In this document: in pieces, positions 21,615 to 32,288 of the stretch | Position numbering within the stretch: the stretch's first letter is position 1 | Layout of the letters: each line of letters opens with the position of its first letter | Assembly: GCA_000004985.1 (NCBI GenBank) | Contig: GG738914.1 | Length of the DNA stretch: 64,000 bases | Direction: 5' to 3' (one strand) | From: Naegleria gruberi | Taxonomy: Eukaryota | Notes under the pieces: model-generated | What the model was told of the DNA's origin: nothing | Databases searched by the model: none | What the model saw: the letters and a program-made list of their open reading frames with translations, nothing else | Translations under genes and position numbers: made by a program

Positions 21615-22610
21615 TTAATGTTTTGTTTTTTTGCTTGCAGATTGAGGTTGTTGAGAATTACCTTTACGCTTATGTTCAGGTGTTTTCTGTTGATTGTTAT
21701 TATTTTGATTGTCATGTTGTTGGTGTTTCTTTTTCTTTTTTTTCTTCTTTGGTGTTCTATTTTGTTGCTCTCCAGAGGTTGTTTGAGATTGAGAACTTTC
21801 TACAGAGTGTTGAGAGGATATTATTTGGTCTAGTTGACTGGATGCCTGAGTATTCTTAGTTGAGGAAATCGCCTTACGAAGAGCTTGTTTTTCTTCTTCT
21901 CTTACAGAATATGTTTCATTCCTATTAATGAGCTCTATAGTTTTTTGTGACTCTGCCAATTTAGCATACACTCCTCCTAATTCTGTTCCTAGCAGTTGTG
22001 AATCCTTTGCAAATTTAGCTATTTGATTATCAATTTCTTCAGGATCCCACACAACACTTCCAAACTGTTTTTTTTCATTCGTAGAATTTGAGGTTGATTG
22101 GATAATTTTTTCATTTTCTTGAGCCTTTTCAAAATCTACATTCAGTTTCTCACACTCTTCTTTGAATTTTCCTAGATCAATTTGAGCTAAATTGTTATTC
22201 TTTAAAATTTCCATTACTTTCTTTTTATGTGAATTAATCTCTTCAACAATTTCAATCATTTTCTTGTGATAATTTAGAACTCTTTCCTCTAAATTAACAT
22301 CCTTAGGCTCTTTTGTTTCTTTAACTATTTTAATTGAAAGAATGAATCCAAAAAAACAAATGAAATCCTTACCTGAAAATTGTTTTTCTAGAGGTTTCAT
22401 AACCCTGACATTACTATACAAATGTTTTGAGAAGGAATCTTGAATTTTCGACAGTTGAACTTCTAATATTCTTATATCGGATTGTGATAGATTTTCACTC
22501 TTCCTTGCTTTAATTTGTGTTGATAGATTTTTTAATTCGGAGACTTGATCATTGTACATGTTAAAATCCCTGATCCTAATCAGTGATGTTGTTTTTCCTT
22601 TTGATGACAT
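21615..22610 (-). CDS. coiled-coil protein with a Q/K-rich C-terminus; the gene model is uncertain because of a likely internal intron near 22320-22380
   Basis: 331-aa ORF MSSKGKTTSLIRIRDFNMYNDQVSELKNL.... The hydrophobic segment DFICFFGFILSIK coincides with a caggtaag..ttaaaatag element on the coding strand, suggesting a ~50-nt intron. Heptad-rich helical sequence. Confidence 0.4.
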   Translation of the reverse strand: MSSKGKTTSLIRIRDFNMYNDQVSELKNLSTQIKARKSENLSQSDIRILEVQLSKIQDSFSKHLYSNVRVMKPLEKQFSGKDFICFFGFILSIKIVKETKEPKDVNLEERVLNYHKKMIEIVEEINSHKKKVMEILKNNNLAQIDLGKFKEECEKLNVDFEKAQENEKIIQSTSNSTNEKKQFGSVVWDPEEIDNQIAKFAKDSQLLGTELGGVYAKLAESQKTIELINRNETYSVREEEKQALRKAISSTKNTQASSQLDQIISSQHSVESSQSQTTSGEQQNRTPKKKKKKKKHQQHDNQNNNNQQKTPEHKRKGNSQQPQSASKKTKH

Positions 22611-22879
22611 TGTTGGTTATGATAATTGTATAATGATCATCCAATAATAATAATTGAAAAATACTAGCAAATAAATAATAAAACACCAATTAACGGTTGG
22701 TTTGTTTTTTTTAAATTTTTGGGCGCCAAAGTTTTTATTTAAAATTCCCTTTGCGTTTGTTGTTTGCAAAACAAATTAGCAATTAGAGTAAGTGATTTAC
22801 ACACTAATAATCCTTCTCCAATTTAAATTATATTTAAATAATAATTTTAATAATTAAAAAAGTCCAAAATAATAATAAT

Positions 22880-23486
22880 TTAGAATCTAAAATATGGATC
22901 CAATGATTCATCAGTACTGGATTGAGGAAGAGCCAAAACAAGTCCTGCAATACTCTTGTCAACAATAATTTGGCAGGCTAATCTAGAATTTTCATGAACG
23001 AATGGGGCATCCTCCAGAATTTCGGCTTCATCTTCACTACATTGTGTTAACTTGTGTTCATGATCGTTAGAAACAATAACATGACATCCAACACAAGCAC
23101 ATTCTCCAAGACAAGTTGAATCAGGAACAAGGTTAATACCAGCTCTTCTAATTGAATCCATTAAAGTTTCTCCAACATAGGCCGGAACTTGGTGGACCTT
23201 TCCTTCTCTATCAAAAACTGTAATGTTTACTACCTTATCCATAACGGATGGCTTTTGAGCAGATTCAACATCGTGATTTATTCTTTGGGCATTGACTAGT
23301 ATCATCCACCATCACAATAATAATATCCAAATAATTATTTTAAATTATTACTAATAACAATTTAATATACCTACCTTGAGCAAATCTGGTGGTACATTTA
23401 TTAAATTTATGAGCGAAAGAGATGTGGGAATGTTGCTTCAAAGATGAGCTTCTGAAGAGGGAAGTTGCGATTTTTCTTGCATTCAT
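22880..23486 (-). CDS. adrenodoxin-type [2Fe-2S] ferredoxin (mitochondrial, Yah1-like), 2 exons (23375-23486; 22880-23295) with a 79-nt intron
   Basis: Exon 1 encodes MNARKIATSLFRSSSLKQHS..., a presequence-like segment ending CAAG|gtaggt. Exon 2 encodes (V)NAQRINHD...DSTCLGECACVGCHVIV...ENSRLACQIIV, with the four-Cys pattern (C-x5-C-x2-C...C) of adrenodoxin-like ferredoxins. Confidence 0.8.
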
Positions 23487-23748
23487 TTTTTTAAATATTA
23501 TTTTTACATTTGTGATGAATAATACATTGAAATTTATTTAAAATTCTCAAGTTTACTACTTCTTTGTTTTATGAATATCATTAAAGAATATTGTAAATGT
23601 TAATTGAAAATAATTGAGATAATTGATTACAATAGAATAACGACAATTTACATAATAAAATTGGAGGGGAATATTTATTGGGATAAGAGTTTAGATAATA
23701 ATTAAAAGAAATAGGAAATCAAAATTATTAGGGTTTACAGAAATAACC

Positions 23749-25020
23749 TTATTCGTTTTGTTCACTTAGGGCAGCATATTGATTCTTGCTTTCAAGATCT
23801 TGTTGTTCTTCTTCTTCAGACTTCTTAGAAGAGGTTGCTTTCTTATTGGTATTATTGGTATTGTTTGAGAAACCACCTCTGTTAGCTTGTTGATATCTTC
23901 TACCACCTCTTGGCTTTGAAGTAGCAGTTTGGAATTCATCTTCTTGGTTAGTTTCACCTTCCTTCTTTTGTTGTGTAGCCTTCTTCTTTGAAGACAAAAT
24001 ATCCAAGTTTGGTTCCAAAGCTTTCAAATCCTTTTCTTTTGGTTCCCAAGGCTTTCCTTCTCCGAAAAGTGAAGGTTTAGCTGGTCTTTGAGATGACTTT
24101 GATTCTTCATATCTTGGCTTTGATGAGAAAGATCCAAAAGCTCCACCAGCATTGTTATCTTCTCTTGGTTTACGAGTAGTGTTGTTAGTATTATTCTTCT
24201 TGCTACCGAATGGGTTAACATCCAAATCACCACCAGTTCTCCAATTGTCAGCTTTATCAGCAACAGATTGTGGTTGAGTTCTTTCAAAGTTATCATTTCT
24301 TCTAAATCCACCTTCTCTTCTATTTCCTCCTCTGAATGAATCTCTATTATCAACAGTGACCTTAGCAGCAGTATCAGGAGAAGCAATATCAATCTTGATG
24401 GATCTACCCATGAAATCGCTACCATTGAGACTAATAGCAAGCTTTAAATCTTCAACAGTGTCAAATTCAACATATCCGTAACCCTTTGGACGTTGAGTTT
24501 CTTTATCCTTTGGAAGGGAAATATTGATTGGGCTTGATTCACCGAAGAAATCAGACAAATCATCTTTGGTAGCATTGAATGACAAGTTACCAATAAAAGC
24601 AACAAATGGTCTTTCAGTTGGTAATTCATTTTGTTGTTGTGGTCTTCTTTCTCTTCTTTCAAATGAAGATGATTCGCTGAAACCAGAAGATGATTTTTGT
24701 GGAGCACCTTCAGAGTAGAAAGATGAAGGTTTAACTTTAGATTGGGCACTATTACCCAATTCACGAGAGTAATTGTTTTCTCTGTGTTGACCAAAACCAC
24801 TGTTATTATTGAATCTACTACCTCCGTGAGAACCTTCATTGTTGGCTCTTAATTCATCAAGAGTAAGACCAGTTGATGTTGTGGAAGCAGCAGTTGGTGT
24901 TGTTGTTGTTGGTTCTCCTTCCATTTCTTCAGCCCAGCTGTCAACGGAGCTAGTAGTTAAGAAAGTTTGCAAATCAACGGTATTACCTCTAGCGTTCTTT
25001 TTGACTGTCTTCTTTGTCAT
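23749..25020 (-). CDS. eIF4B/eIF4H-like RNA-binding protein (single RRM plus an Arg/Gly/Asp-rich tail)
   Basis: 423 aa. The RRM reads PFVAFIGNLSFNATKDDLSDFF...KGYGYVEFDTVEDLKLAISLNGSDFMGRSIKIDIAS. It is followed by RDSFRGGNRREGGFRRNDNFERTQ-type repeats typical of eIF4B. Confidence 0.6.
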   Translation of the reverse strand: MTKKTVKKNARGNTVDLQTFLTTSSVDSWAEEMEGEPTTTTPTAASTTSTGLTLDELRANNEGSHGGSRFNNNSGFGQHRENNYSRELGNSAQSKVKPSSFYSEGAPQKSSSGFSESSSFERRERRPQQQNELPTERPFVAFIGNLSFNATKDDLSDFFGESSPINISLPKDKETQRPKGYGYVEFDTVEDLKLAISLNGSDFMGRSIKIDIASPDTAAKVTVDNRDSFRGGNRREGGFRRNDNFERTQPQSVADKADNWRTGGDLDVNPFGSKKNNTNNTTRKPREDNNAGGAFGSFSSKPRYEESKSSQRPAKPSLFGEGKPWEPKEKDLKALEPNLDILSSKKKATQQKKEGETNQEDEFQTATSKPRGGRRYQQANRGGFSNNTNNTNKKATSSKKSEEEEQQDLESKNQYAALSEQNE

Positions 25021-25648
25021 GATGTAAGTTTGTTATGTGTTAATATTTTTTTAAAAACGGGTTTTTGTTTATTGTGTGCTTCAATTTTTGTAACCAGCAA
25101 GCAACAAGCCTTTGAATATTCTCTTCAAAGAAATGAGCTAATTCTGTTCTCATTTCAATTTAGTTGTATCGTCTTGTAATTTATCTCCAAACCATGATCA
25201 TCTATGCGTTTGTGACTATTAATAAATTAAATTTTAAAATTTACATTCCTTTTTTTTGAAATACATTGTGATGTAAATGTAAAATTATTTAAACTGTTAG
25301 ACTAAAATATTTTATATATAGATTTAATTAATTTTTTCTCTTACTTATCATTTCAAAAATAAATATTTTGTTGATTTTTATTGTTGGGATGGAAATCTTA
25401 ATATTTTTCAATTCTTTGACTATTTTGCATTTTACTGGTGGAGTGAACTTGACACTAATAAAAAACCAATGATTTCCACTCTGTTCTGGCCTGTGAAGAA
25501 GAGAACATGTGTTGTAAATGTGTTCCGAAAATAGATTTCATCAAAAAAAAATTTCTGGTGTGCAACTTGATCATCATATCGTCATCACGAATTTTTGATT
25601 AATTCACTCGCTACAAATAATAATCATCACCACACAATATAAAAAAAC

Positions 25649-26419
25649 ATGGCTCAATCACCAGAACAAGCAATTGAACAATTTTTGCTTTTAGGTAAAA
25701 CTGTGAAGGGAAAATCAGCTGTTAATCTTATCCAACAAGCTATTAACCATCCTAACACATTTGTATTCTCTGAAATGTTAGATCTGAAAGGTATCAAGGA
25801 ATTAGAGGGAACAGAAAATCAAAAGGATTTAAATACATTAAAGCTTTTCGCTTTTGGAACTTATAGCGAATACAAGGCTAACCCACAAAACTATTCCCAA
25901 CTCTCTGAAAAGAATTTGAACAAACTTAAACAGCTTTCAATTGTTACACTTGCATCAAAGAGTCGTCTTCTCAAGTATGAAGATTTATTACGTGAGTTGG
26001 ATATCACTAACGTCAGAGAATTGGAAGATACATTGATCGATTGTATGTATCAAGGATTGTTAGAAGGTAAACTGGATCAAAAGTCAAAGTGGATGGAAGT
26101 TTATGAGACAATTGGTAGAGATATCAAATTAGATGATATTGATCAAATGATTTCTGTATTAAAGAACTGGACAGTCGGAGCAAAGGAAATTCTTAAAGGT
26201 ATCGATGCCAACGTGGAATATGCCAACAAGCAATTCAAGGAACACAATGAACACAAGAAGAAGTATGAAAAGGAAATTGCTAATATTGAAGAATCAATCA
26301 AGGCCAGCATTGAAGATGAAAACTCTGGTGGTATGATGAGCATGATGGGTATGATGGGAATGATGGGTGGCAGACCTGCTGGTGGTGCCTCTGCTGGTGG
26401 ACGTAGAAAGAATAGATAA
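25649..26419 (+). CDS. COP9 signalosome subunit 7 (PCI-domain protein)
   Basis: 256 aa. EQFLLLGKTVKGKSAVNLIQQAINHPNTFVFSEMLDL, LKLFAFGTYSEY, LSIVTLASK, LEDTLIDCMYQGLLEGKLDQKSKWMEV, IGRDI and WTVGAKEILKGID align block by block with CSN7 (human EQFLLLAKSAKGAA...FAYGTYADY...LSVVTLAAK...[27 protein letters not shown]...). Confidence 0.85.
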   Translation: MAQSPEQAIEQFLLLGKTVKGKSAVNLIQQAINHPNTFVFSEMLDLKGIKELEGTENQKDLNTLKLFAFGTYSEYKANPQNYSQLSEKNLNKLKQLSIVTLASKSRLLKYEDLLRELDITNVRELEDTLIDCMYQGLLEGKLDQKSKWMEVYETIGRDIKLDDIDQMISVLKNWTVGAKEILKGIDANVEYANKQFKEHNEHKKKYEKEIANIEESIKASIEDENSGGMMSMMGMMGMMGGRPAGGASAGGRRKNR

Positions 26420-26634
26420 TTTGTAAATTGATCATCATACACGATTCTCCTTGTAGTTTTAAATAAATTATTAAATGTAAATGTATTTTGTATCGTTGAT
26501 AAGTGGAGGAACTACATGTAGTTCTTTAGTGCTCTTAGAGAAATGAAGAGAGAATAGGCCTAAAAGTTGATCCCACTATTCGAAATTCCTCCGTACAGAA
26601 TAGTGAATAAATTATTATTAAAATTCAAAAAAAT

Positions 26635-27813
26635 ATGTCTTTTTCATTTGGTACCACTTCAAATCAAAATAAGCCTGCAACCACAGGATTTAATTTCGGT
26701 ACCACAAATAACACTGGAACAACAGGAGGTACTTCAACTGGATTTAACTTCGGAGCACCAACAACAACAGCTAACACACAACCAACAACAGGATTTAACT
26801 TTGGTACAACCAATACACAACCAACTCAGCCAACAACTGGAACAACAGGATCAACTGGATTTAATTTTGGTACAACAGGTACAGCAACAAATACACAACC
26901 AACTCAGCCAACAACCGGATTTAATTTTGGTACTACAAACACTGTTGCTAATACAAATACTGGATTTAATTTAGGAACTCCTACAAATAATCCAATTGAT
27001 AATAGTTTCAAAATTATTGAATTAAAGTATAAATCTTCCACTGATACTCCTGACAATCCATATTGTAAATTTATTGTAGGTTTTGATGATTTGAACTTAA
27101 CAAGTACTAATTTTATTTAACAGCATTTCTTTTATAATGTAGTTGATGATGGGAAGCAACAAGCAACTTTAGAAGCCTTGACGAGAAAATATGCTAGATC
27201 TATTAACCCAGAATTATGGAGACAAGCTATGGAAAAAAACCCAGATCCGTCTAGATTAGTTCCAATACCTGCAACATCTTTTAAAGATGTCAAAGACCGT
27301 GTGGAAAAACAACAAAAGAGAATTGAATTAATGAACGATTTTTTGAAAGTATTGGATTCTAAAATTTCTGAATGCAAAACTAAACATGAAGCTGATACTA
27401 TGAGTAGAATTGGTGGTATTAAACAAAGACATACTGATCTATCCCATAGAATTCTTAAAATTCAAAGCAAACTCGAGGTATTGACACAATCAGGTATTGG
27501 TATTAGAAATGAAGACATTTCATTGAGAAACAAATTAAATACCTTACAAAGAGAATTACACAAACCAAATCAATTTAGAGGAAGACTTATTGAATTATCT
27601 CCTCAAGTCAATTACTATTTACAACAATCTAACTTGTTACTGAATAATAATACTTTAGATGATGAAACTAAAGAAAATGTAAAGAACTTTTTGGAACAAC
27701 AAACAAATGGATTAAATGAGTTATTGTCCATATTGAAGAAGGATATTAAGGATATTAATTATATCAAGCAACAAGTATCTGCAGATAAACAAAAACGCTC
27801 AATAAATTATTAA
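26635..27813 (+). CDS. FG-repeat nucleoporin of Nup54/Nup57 type, 2 exons (26635-27064; 27141-27813) with a 76-nt intron
   Basis: Exon 1 carries ~10 GFNFGT/FG repeats (MSFSFGTTSNQNKPATTGFNFGTTNNTGTTGG...). The intron is GTAAAT...TACTAAT(branch)...TAG. Exon 2 (F)DDGKQQATLEALTRKYARSINPELWRQAMEKNPDPSRLVPIPATSFKDVKDRVEKQQKRI... is the alpha-helical Nup54-type domain with coiled coils. The frame is continuous. Confidence 0.7.
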
Positions 27814-27855
27814 ATAATAAATAATTCGAAAATTATCCTTGACTATATTATGAAT

Positions 27856-28263
27856 TTACATTGGGATTTTTCCTGATTCCTTCAAAACTTTAACTTGGTC
27901 TTTAACTCCTTTCAATGTATATCCCTTTTCTAATAAATCAAAGTAAAAAGATACATCTCTTTGACGGTGAGCTCTAACTGATGGTTCAAAATTTACAAGT
28001 TTAGAAGCGTCTTGGTCAGCTTCAACAGCAAGACGAACAACACGTTCTACGAAATATTTTCTAGTTAATTGTTTATGTTCAGCACCGTGACTGATTGGTC
28101 CAGGTGTTCCGTTGGTATAACTCCAATCCGGTAAATCATGCAAAGCACCTCCTTCATTACCACATCTTCCCATTCCTCTTGCTTTATAAAATTTTTGTCC
28201 AGCTCTTTGGTTGAATCGTAAAGCTGTTGTTTTGATAGCCTTTGTTCCGTTCAAGAAAAGCAT
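27856..28263 (-). CDS. small basic protein, possibly mitochondrial ribosomal protein mL41 (MRPL27-like); start probably at the internal Met (MLFLNGTK...)
   Basis: The ORF track extends to 28326 but the first 21 residues look non-coding. The core AGQKFYKARGMGRCGN...LPDWSYTNGTPGP resembles the mL41 GNKxxYKGTRASGIGRHT...TPD pattern. This is an assignment from memory of the family only. Confidence 0.3.
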   Translation of the reverse strand: MLFLNGTKAIKTTALRFNQRAGQKFYKARGMGRCGNEGGALHDLPDWSYTNGTPGPISHGAEHKQLTRKYFVERVVRLAVEADQDASKLVNFEPSVRAHRQRDVSFYFDLLEKGYTLKGVKDQVKVLKESGKIPM

Positions 28264-28805
28264 TTTTTTATTTTCAATTTTTATAATTAAAATTGTTTTG
28301 TGATGAGAATTAATTGAATCAGTCAAAATGTTCTCAAATGTGATAAGTATATTTATTTTCTTTAATTCTTAGATAAAGTTCTTATTGGCACTATTTGAAT
28401 GGAGCAACTTGAGAGACATTCTTCAAATTTTGAACCGCCAAAATTTTTATTCGTTCATTTGTTATTCTTTTTGTATGAAGATGATAGGAATATTTTGTTA
28501 CGTTCAATAAGAATCAAATATTGTTGTGCAAGACTGATATATCCGTTACAAAGTATTGAAATAATATAATGTTAATTCTCCAATTGGCTTCCTTACTCTG
28601 TTCATAGGCGACTTGTGTCGAAATTGTAAAGAAGGCCAACCAAGAGCCGATATTTGGGCAAAACTTGATGCACCTCTTTTAGAAAAATTAAAAAAAAAAT
28701 ACAGAGAAAAGTAAGTCATCATATCACTCGCAATTGATTGCTGAACAAATTTCTTTTGCCATCATAAAAATTTATCATCATCACTTTTAAATTTAAATAA
28801 TCAGA

Positions 28806-29375
28806 ATGAGCAAGACCGTTAACCTTGTCTTTAAAGACGTTATTCGTAGAAGAAACAAGCAAGCCTTGAACCTTGTCCCAAAGGAACTCCAAGACTCTTT
28901 TGTTGAACATTGGGCTAAGTGGTCACACGATAACGTTCCAGCCCCAGAACAAACTATTGACAAGGAATGGGTTATGAAGAAGTATAACATCTCCACTAAG
29001 CCAGTCCCAGCTAACGCTTCCCACGTCAAGTTTGCCTCTCCATTCGGTAACGCTGAAGAAGGCCGTATGAACGCTCTCATCAAATACGAAAAGGAATTGC
29101 AAAGAGTCTTCAAGTTTGTTGATAATGGTAAATTCCTCCTCGATGTTCACCCAACCTTTACTAACAGAAAGTTCTCCGTCTGGGCTTACTCTGCTTTGTT
29201 CTTGCTCGTCCCAATCGGTATCTTTGTTTTGATCTTCAACCAAAATCCACTCTACAAGTCTCTCTTCGAAGGCAGCATCTGGGCTCAAAAGAAGACTGAC
29301 AAGAAGGCTTGGGACTCTGTTGAAATTGAAACTGTTTTCGATAGTCACTCAAACCTCACTGTTAAGAGAGTTTAA
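28806..29375 (+). CDS. hypothetical protein with one predicted transmembrane helix (possibly a respiratory-complex accessory subunit)
   Basis: 189-aa ORF with good codon structure. Single hydrophobic helix FSVWAYSALFLLVPIGIFVLIF. No family recognised. Confidence 0.4.
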   Translation: MSKTVNLVFKDVIRRRNKQALNLVPKELQDSFVEHWAKWSHDNVPAPEQTIDKEWVMKKYNISTKPVPANASHVKFASPFGNAEEGRMNALIKYEKELQRVFKFVDNGKFLLDVHPTFTNRKFSVWAYSALFLLVPIGIFVLIFNQNPLYKSLFEGSIWAQKKTDKKAWDSVEIETVFDSHSNLTVKRV

Positions 29376-29616
29376 ATTTTTGGAACGAATACATCATCGT
29401 TTTTAAATAACTAAAATGTAACACGTACTTCTTCCGTTTGGGTCATGAACAATAAAAATGACGCTTAGGGTCAATTTGTCTTTAAACCTTGTACTTTATC
29501 TTTTTGAAAACAAGAACAATAGTTTCCATACAATCTTTGAAAAGATCAAAGATAATCTTGTTTTTCAATTATTGAAATAGTCAATTACAAAAAGCCCAAA
29601 TTATTTTTGGTTTAAT

Positions 29617-30603
29617 TTATTTCAACAAAGCAGAAACACCAGCCTTTTCTTCGAGGAGTTCCTTAATGGAGAGGTCAATCTTATTTTGAGAGAAAGCATC
29701 AATCTTCAAATCCTTGACAATTTCATACTTGCCATTACCAGTACAAACGATTGGATATGAAGTATAAACACCAGGCTTAATACCGTATGAACCGTCAGAT
29801 GGAACAGCCATACTCACCCATTCACCGTTGCTTCCCAAAGACCAATCACGCATGTGCTTAATAGCAGCATCGGCAGCAGAAGCAGCAGATGATGAACCAC
29901 GAGCATTAATGATGGCAGCACCACGTTGTTGTACAGTTGGAATGAATTCAGATTCAACCCAAGTCTTTTCAACCTTGGAAGAAACTTGAACACCATCAAC
30001 CAAAGCATATGAAAGATCTGGATATTGAGTAGCAGAGTGGTTACCCCAAATAGCGAATTTAGACAATGAACGGACTGGAACCTTCAACTTGTTAGCAACT
30101 TGAGCCAATGCACGATCATGATCCAAACGAGTCATGGCAGAGAATTGCTTTGGATCAATATTGGAAGCATTTGAAGCAGCAATCAAAGCATTAGTATTGG
30201 CTGGATTACCAACAACCAAAGTCAAATTGTTACTCTTAGCATGCTTACCGAGGGCTTTACCTTGAGTTTGGAAGATCTTGGCATTTTCCAAAAGCAAATC
30301 CTTTCTTTCCATACCCTTTGAACGTGGCTTGGCACCAACGAGCAATGTATATTCAACATCTTTGAAACCTTCAGCCAAATCACTGGTGGCAGTGATACCT
30401 CTGACCAATGGGAAGGCACAGTCTTGCAATTCCATAACAACACCTTCAACAACCTTCATTGAGTCTGGAATATCAATCAAAACAATGTGAACTGGTTGAT
30501 CCTTGCCCAACATTTCACCACTAGCAATTCTTGGAATCAATGAGTAAGCAATTTGACCAGCAGCACCAGTAATAGCAACACGGACAACTGGCTTCTTTTG
30601 CAT
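29617..30603 (-). CDS. MDH1: malate dehydrogenase, cytosolic (MDH1) type
   Basis: 328 aa. [79 protein letters not shown] and IWGNHS(A)TQYPD match cytosolic MDH almost motif for motif. The in-frame sequence upstream of the Met ([14 protein letters not shown], preceded by ...tttag) hints at a possible extra 5' exon. Confidence 0.9.
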   Translation of the reverse strand: MQKKPVVRVAITGAAGQIAYSLIPRIASGEMLGKDQPVHIVLIDIPDSMKVVEGVVMELQDCAFPLVRGITATSDLAEGFKDVEYTLLVGAKPRSKGMERKDLLLENAKIFQTQGKALGKHAKSNNLTLVVGNPANTNALIAASNASNIDPKQFSAMTRLDHDRALAQVANKLKVPVRSLSKFAIWGNHSATQYPDLSYALVDGVQVSSKVEKTWVESEFIPTVQQRGAAIINARGSSSAASAADAAIKHMRDWSLGSNGEWVSMAVPSDGSYGIKPGVYTSYPIVCTGNGKYEIVKDLKIDAFSQNKIDLSIKELLEEKAGVSALLK

Positions 30604-30771
30604 GAATCCGACATCTTGGTATCCTTGATAAGAAAGTTTACCACCCTAAATATTATTTAAATCATGTAGAGGATCAGTAAAATCCAAAATTATTGTTGTT
30701 GTTTGTGATTATTTGTTTTCATCAAATTATTGTTATTATAATAAATTCATGTTGATAAATCTCCAAACTTT

Positions 30772-31041
30772 CTAAATATTAATACGTACAACTCTGGAAG
30801 CAAGTCTCATGACGTGAGCAAAGTCTTCTTCAGACTTGACTGTCGAAGCGACGAAAGCCAATTCCTTGGTAACTTCAAATTCGTTATTTGTGTTAGTCAA
30901 GATGGATTGAATGGCTTCTTCCATAGCAGCTTGTCTACCATCAGTAACATCGGCATAAGCACGAGTTTGGATAGATTTATTGATGAGGGAGGATGATGTG
31001 AATTTGTTAGCCTTCAACAAACGGGCAGTCTTGCTCAACAT
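30772..31041 (-). CDS. small hypothetical protein with a presequence-like N-terminus (possibly a small mitochondrial protein)
   Basis: 89-aa ORF MLSKTARLLKANKFTSSSLINKSIQTRAYADV.... The N-terminal 30 residues are basic/hydroxylated with no acidic residues. No family recognised. Confidence 0.3.
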   Translation of the reverse strand: MLSKTARLLKANKFTSSSLINKSIQTRAYADVTDGRQAAMEEAIQSILTNTNNEFEVTKELAFVASTVKSEEDFAHVMRLASRVVRINI

Positions 31042-31442
31042 TTTTATATTTTTTTCGTGTTGCTTACAACGCAGCGTTTTTTATTTTTATTCGCTTCTGC
31101 TGGTGGAAAAATTGTCAAGCTGCCACTATCATCAATTAAAAAATCCGAAGTTTAGTATTTGCTGTGTTGATGATGACCGTGGTCATTGAGGATGTTTTAC
31201 TTGGATTAAAAATAAGAAATGTAGTGATTAGGAGTTAATAGTGTGGGGAAATAGATTTCATTTTCAATCAAAAGAATCACTCCGATCAGTGTAAATTGTA
31301 TTTAATATTAAAAAGAATTATAGATTTAATACCTTACTAAATAACACATTATTGCAAATAATATTCAAATAAAGTTCCAATTAATAAGAATCATTTCACC
31401 ACTTAATACTTTGACTTCTTGCTTCACGGTTTTTGTTGAATT

Positions 31443-32285
31443 TTGTTGATTAAAAAAATGTCATCAAGTGATTCTGAAGCTACCACCAATAACACCACTA
31501 CTAGTGATTCTCTCAAACCGTCTACTCCTCATTATACTTCCAAATTCTCATCACTCTCTGGATTTGGTATGAAAATTTTGGGAAAGTACGGATTTCAAGC
31601 TGGTGAAGGATTGGGAAAGAACAAGGATGGCATCAAGGATCATGTAACTACTTCTAAAAAGTATCATCAAACAGGTATTGGTATTGGTTCTGAAAAGGAA
31701 AAGAAACCAAATTATTGGTGGGAAAACTCTTATAATCAAATGTTGGATAATATTGCCAAGAAGAAATCTACTTCCGATTCTGATTCAAGCAGTGATTCAT
31801 CTGATGAGGAAGAAAAGAAAAAGAAGGAAAAGAAGGAAAAGAAGGAAAAAAAGAAGGAGAAGAAGGAAAAAAAGGAAAAGAAAGAGGAATCCGAAGAAAA
31901 ATCCGACAAGAAGAAGAAGGAAAAGAAAGAAAAGAAAGAAAAGAAGAGTAAGAAGAGATCCAAAGAAGATTCTTCTGATAGTGACTCTAATTCATCAAAT
32001 GAAGAAAAAACAAGCAAAAAGACTAAACATTGCACAGTAGAAGGATCTTCAGTTTTACAACCAGAATTTTTCAAAGAATGTGAAGGAAGAACTTTGAAGA
32101 AATACAGACAAGAGGGTAAAGAATCCAGAGCTAAGAAACACGAAGATGAATTAATTGCAAAATTGAAGGAAGCCAAAGAGAAAATGGATGCTTTCAATCA
32201 ACAAAGAAAATTCAAACATGTTGTTACTGAGAAGAGAAAGGTTCAACAAAACAAGGTCAAAGTTTATAGAGATTTTGAAGATTAA
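31443..32285 (+). CDS. G-patch nucleolar protein of PinX1/Pxr1 type with a Lys/Glu-repeat tail
   Basis: 280 aa. N-terminal G-patch SGFGMKILGKYGFQAGEGLGKNKDGIKDHV, then TGIGIGSEKEKKPNYWWENSYNQMLDNI (compare PinX1 NNHLGLG...DNW...FNQLL). It has (KKEKKE)n repeats like yeast Pxr1 (KKDKKDKK). Confidence 0.65.
   Translation: MLIKKMSSSDSEATTNNTTTSDSLKPSTPHYTSKFSSLSGFGMKILGKYGFQAGEGLGKNKDGIKDHVTTSKKYHQTGIGIGSEKEKKPNYWWENSYNQMLDNIAKKKSTSDSDSSSDSSDEEEKKKKEKKEKKEKKKEKKEKKEKKEESEEKSDKKKKEKKEKKEKKSKKRSKEDSSDSDSNSSNEEKTSKKTKHCTVEGSSVLQPEFFKECEGRTLKKYRQEGKESRAKKHEDELIAKLKEAKEKMDAFNQQRKFKHVVTEKRKVQQNKVKVYRDFED
31800..31965 (+). repeat. coding microsatellite (GAA/AAG-rich; encodes (KKEKKE)n) inside the PinX1-like gene
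   Basis: gaggaagaaaagaaaaagaaggaaaagaaggaaaagaaggaaaaaaagaaggagaagaaggaaaaaaaggaaaag... is an imperfect 9/18-nt periodicity. Confidence 0.6.
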
Positions 32286-32288
32286 TAT

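Noticed and set aside
21618-21859. Plus-strand Leu/Phe-rich ORFs (71 and 78 aa) at the 3' end of the coiled-coil gene
   Set aside because: They are antisense to the Q/K-rich tail (CTT/TTT-rich reverse complement), a typical artefact.
24024-24839. Two minus-strand ORFs (138 and 131 aa) and small plus ORFs inside the eIF4B-like gene
   Set aside because: They are out-of-frame reads of the same locus. Only the 423-aa frame carries the RRM and RGG-like repeats.
26567-26974. 135-aa Q/L-rich ORF overlapping the FG-nucleoporin exon
   Set aside because: It is an alternate frame of the repetitive FG-repeat DNA. The FG frame has the recognisable family signature.
28793-29348. Minus-strand ORFs of 106 and 141 aa antisense to the 28806-29375 gene
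   Set aside because: They have no start context or family signal. The sense ORF has a cleaner single-TM protein and coding periodicity.
31678-32197. Arg/Lys-rich (+) and Phe/Ser-rich (-) ORFs across the PinX1-like gene
   Set aside because: Both are alternate-frame or antisense translations of the (AAGGAAAAG)n coding microsatellite.
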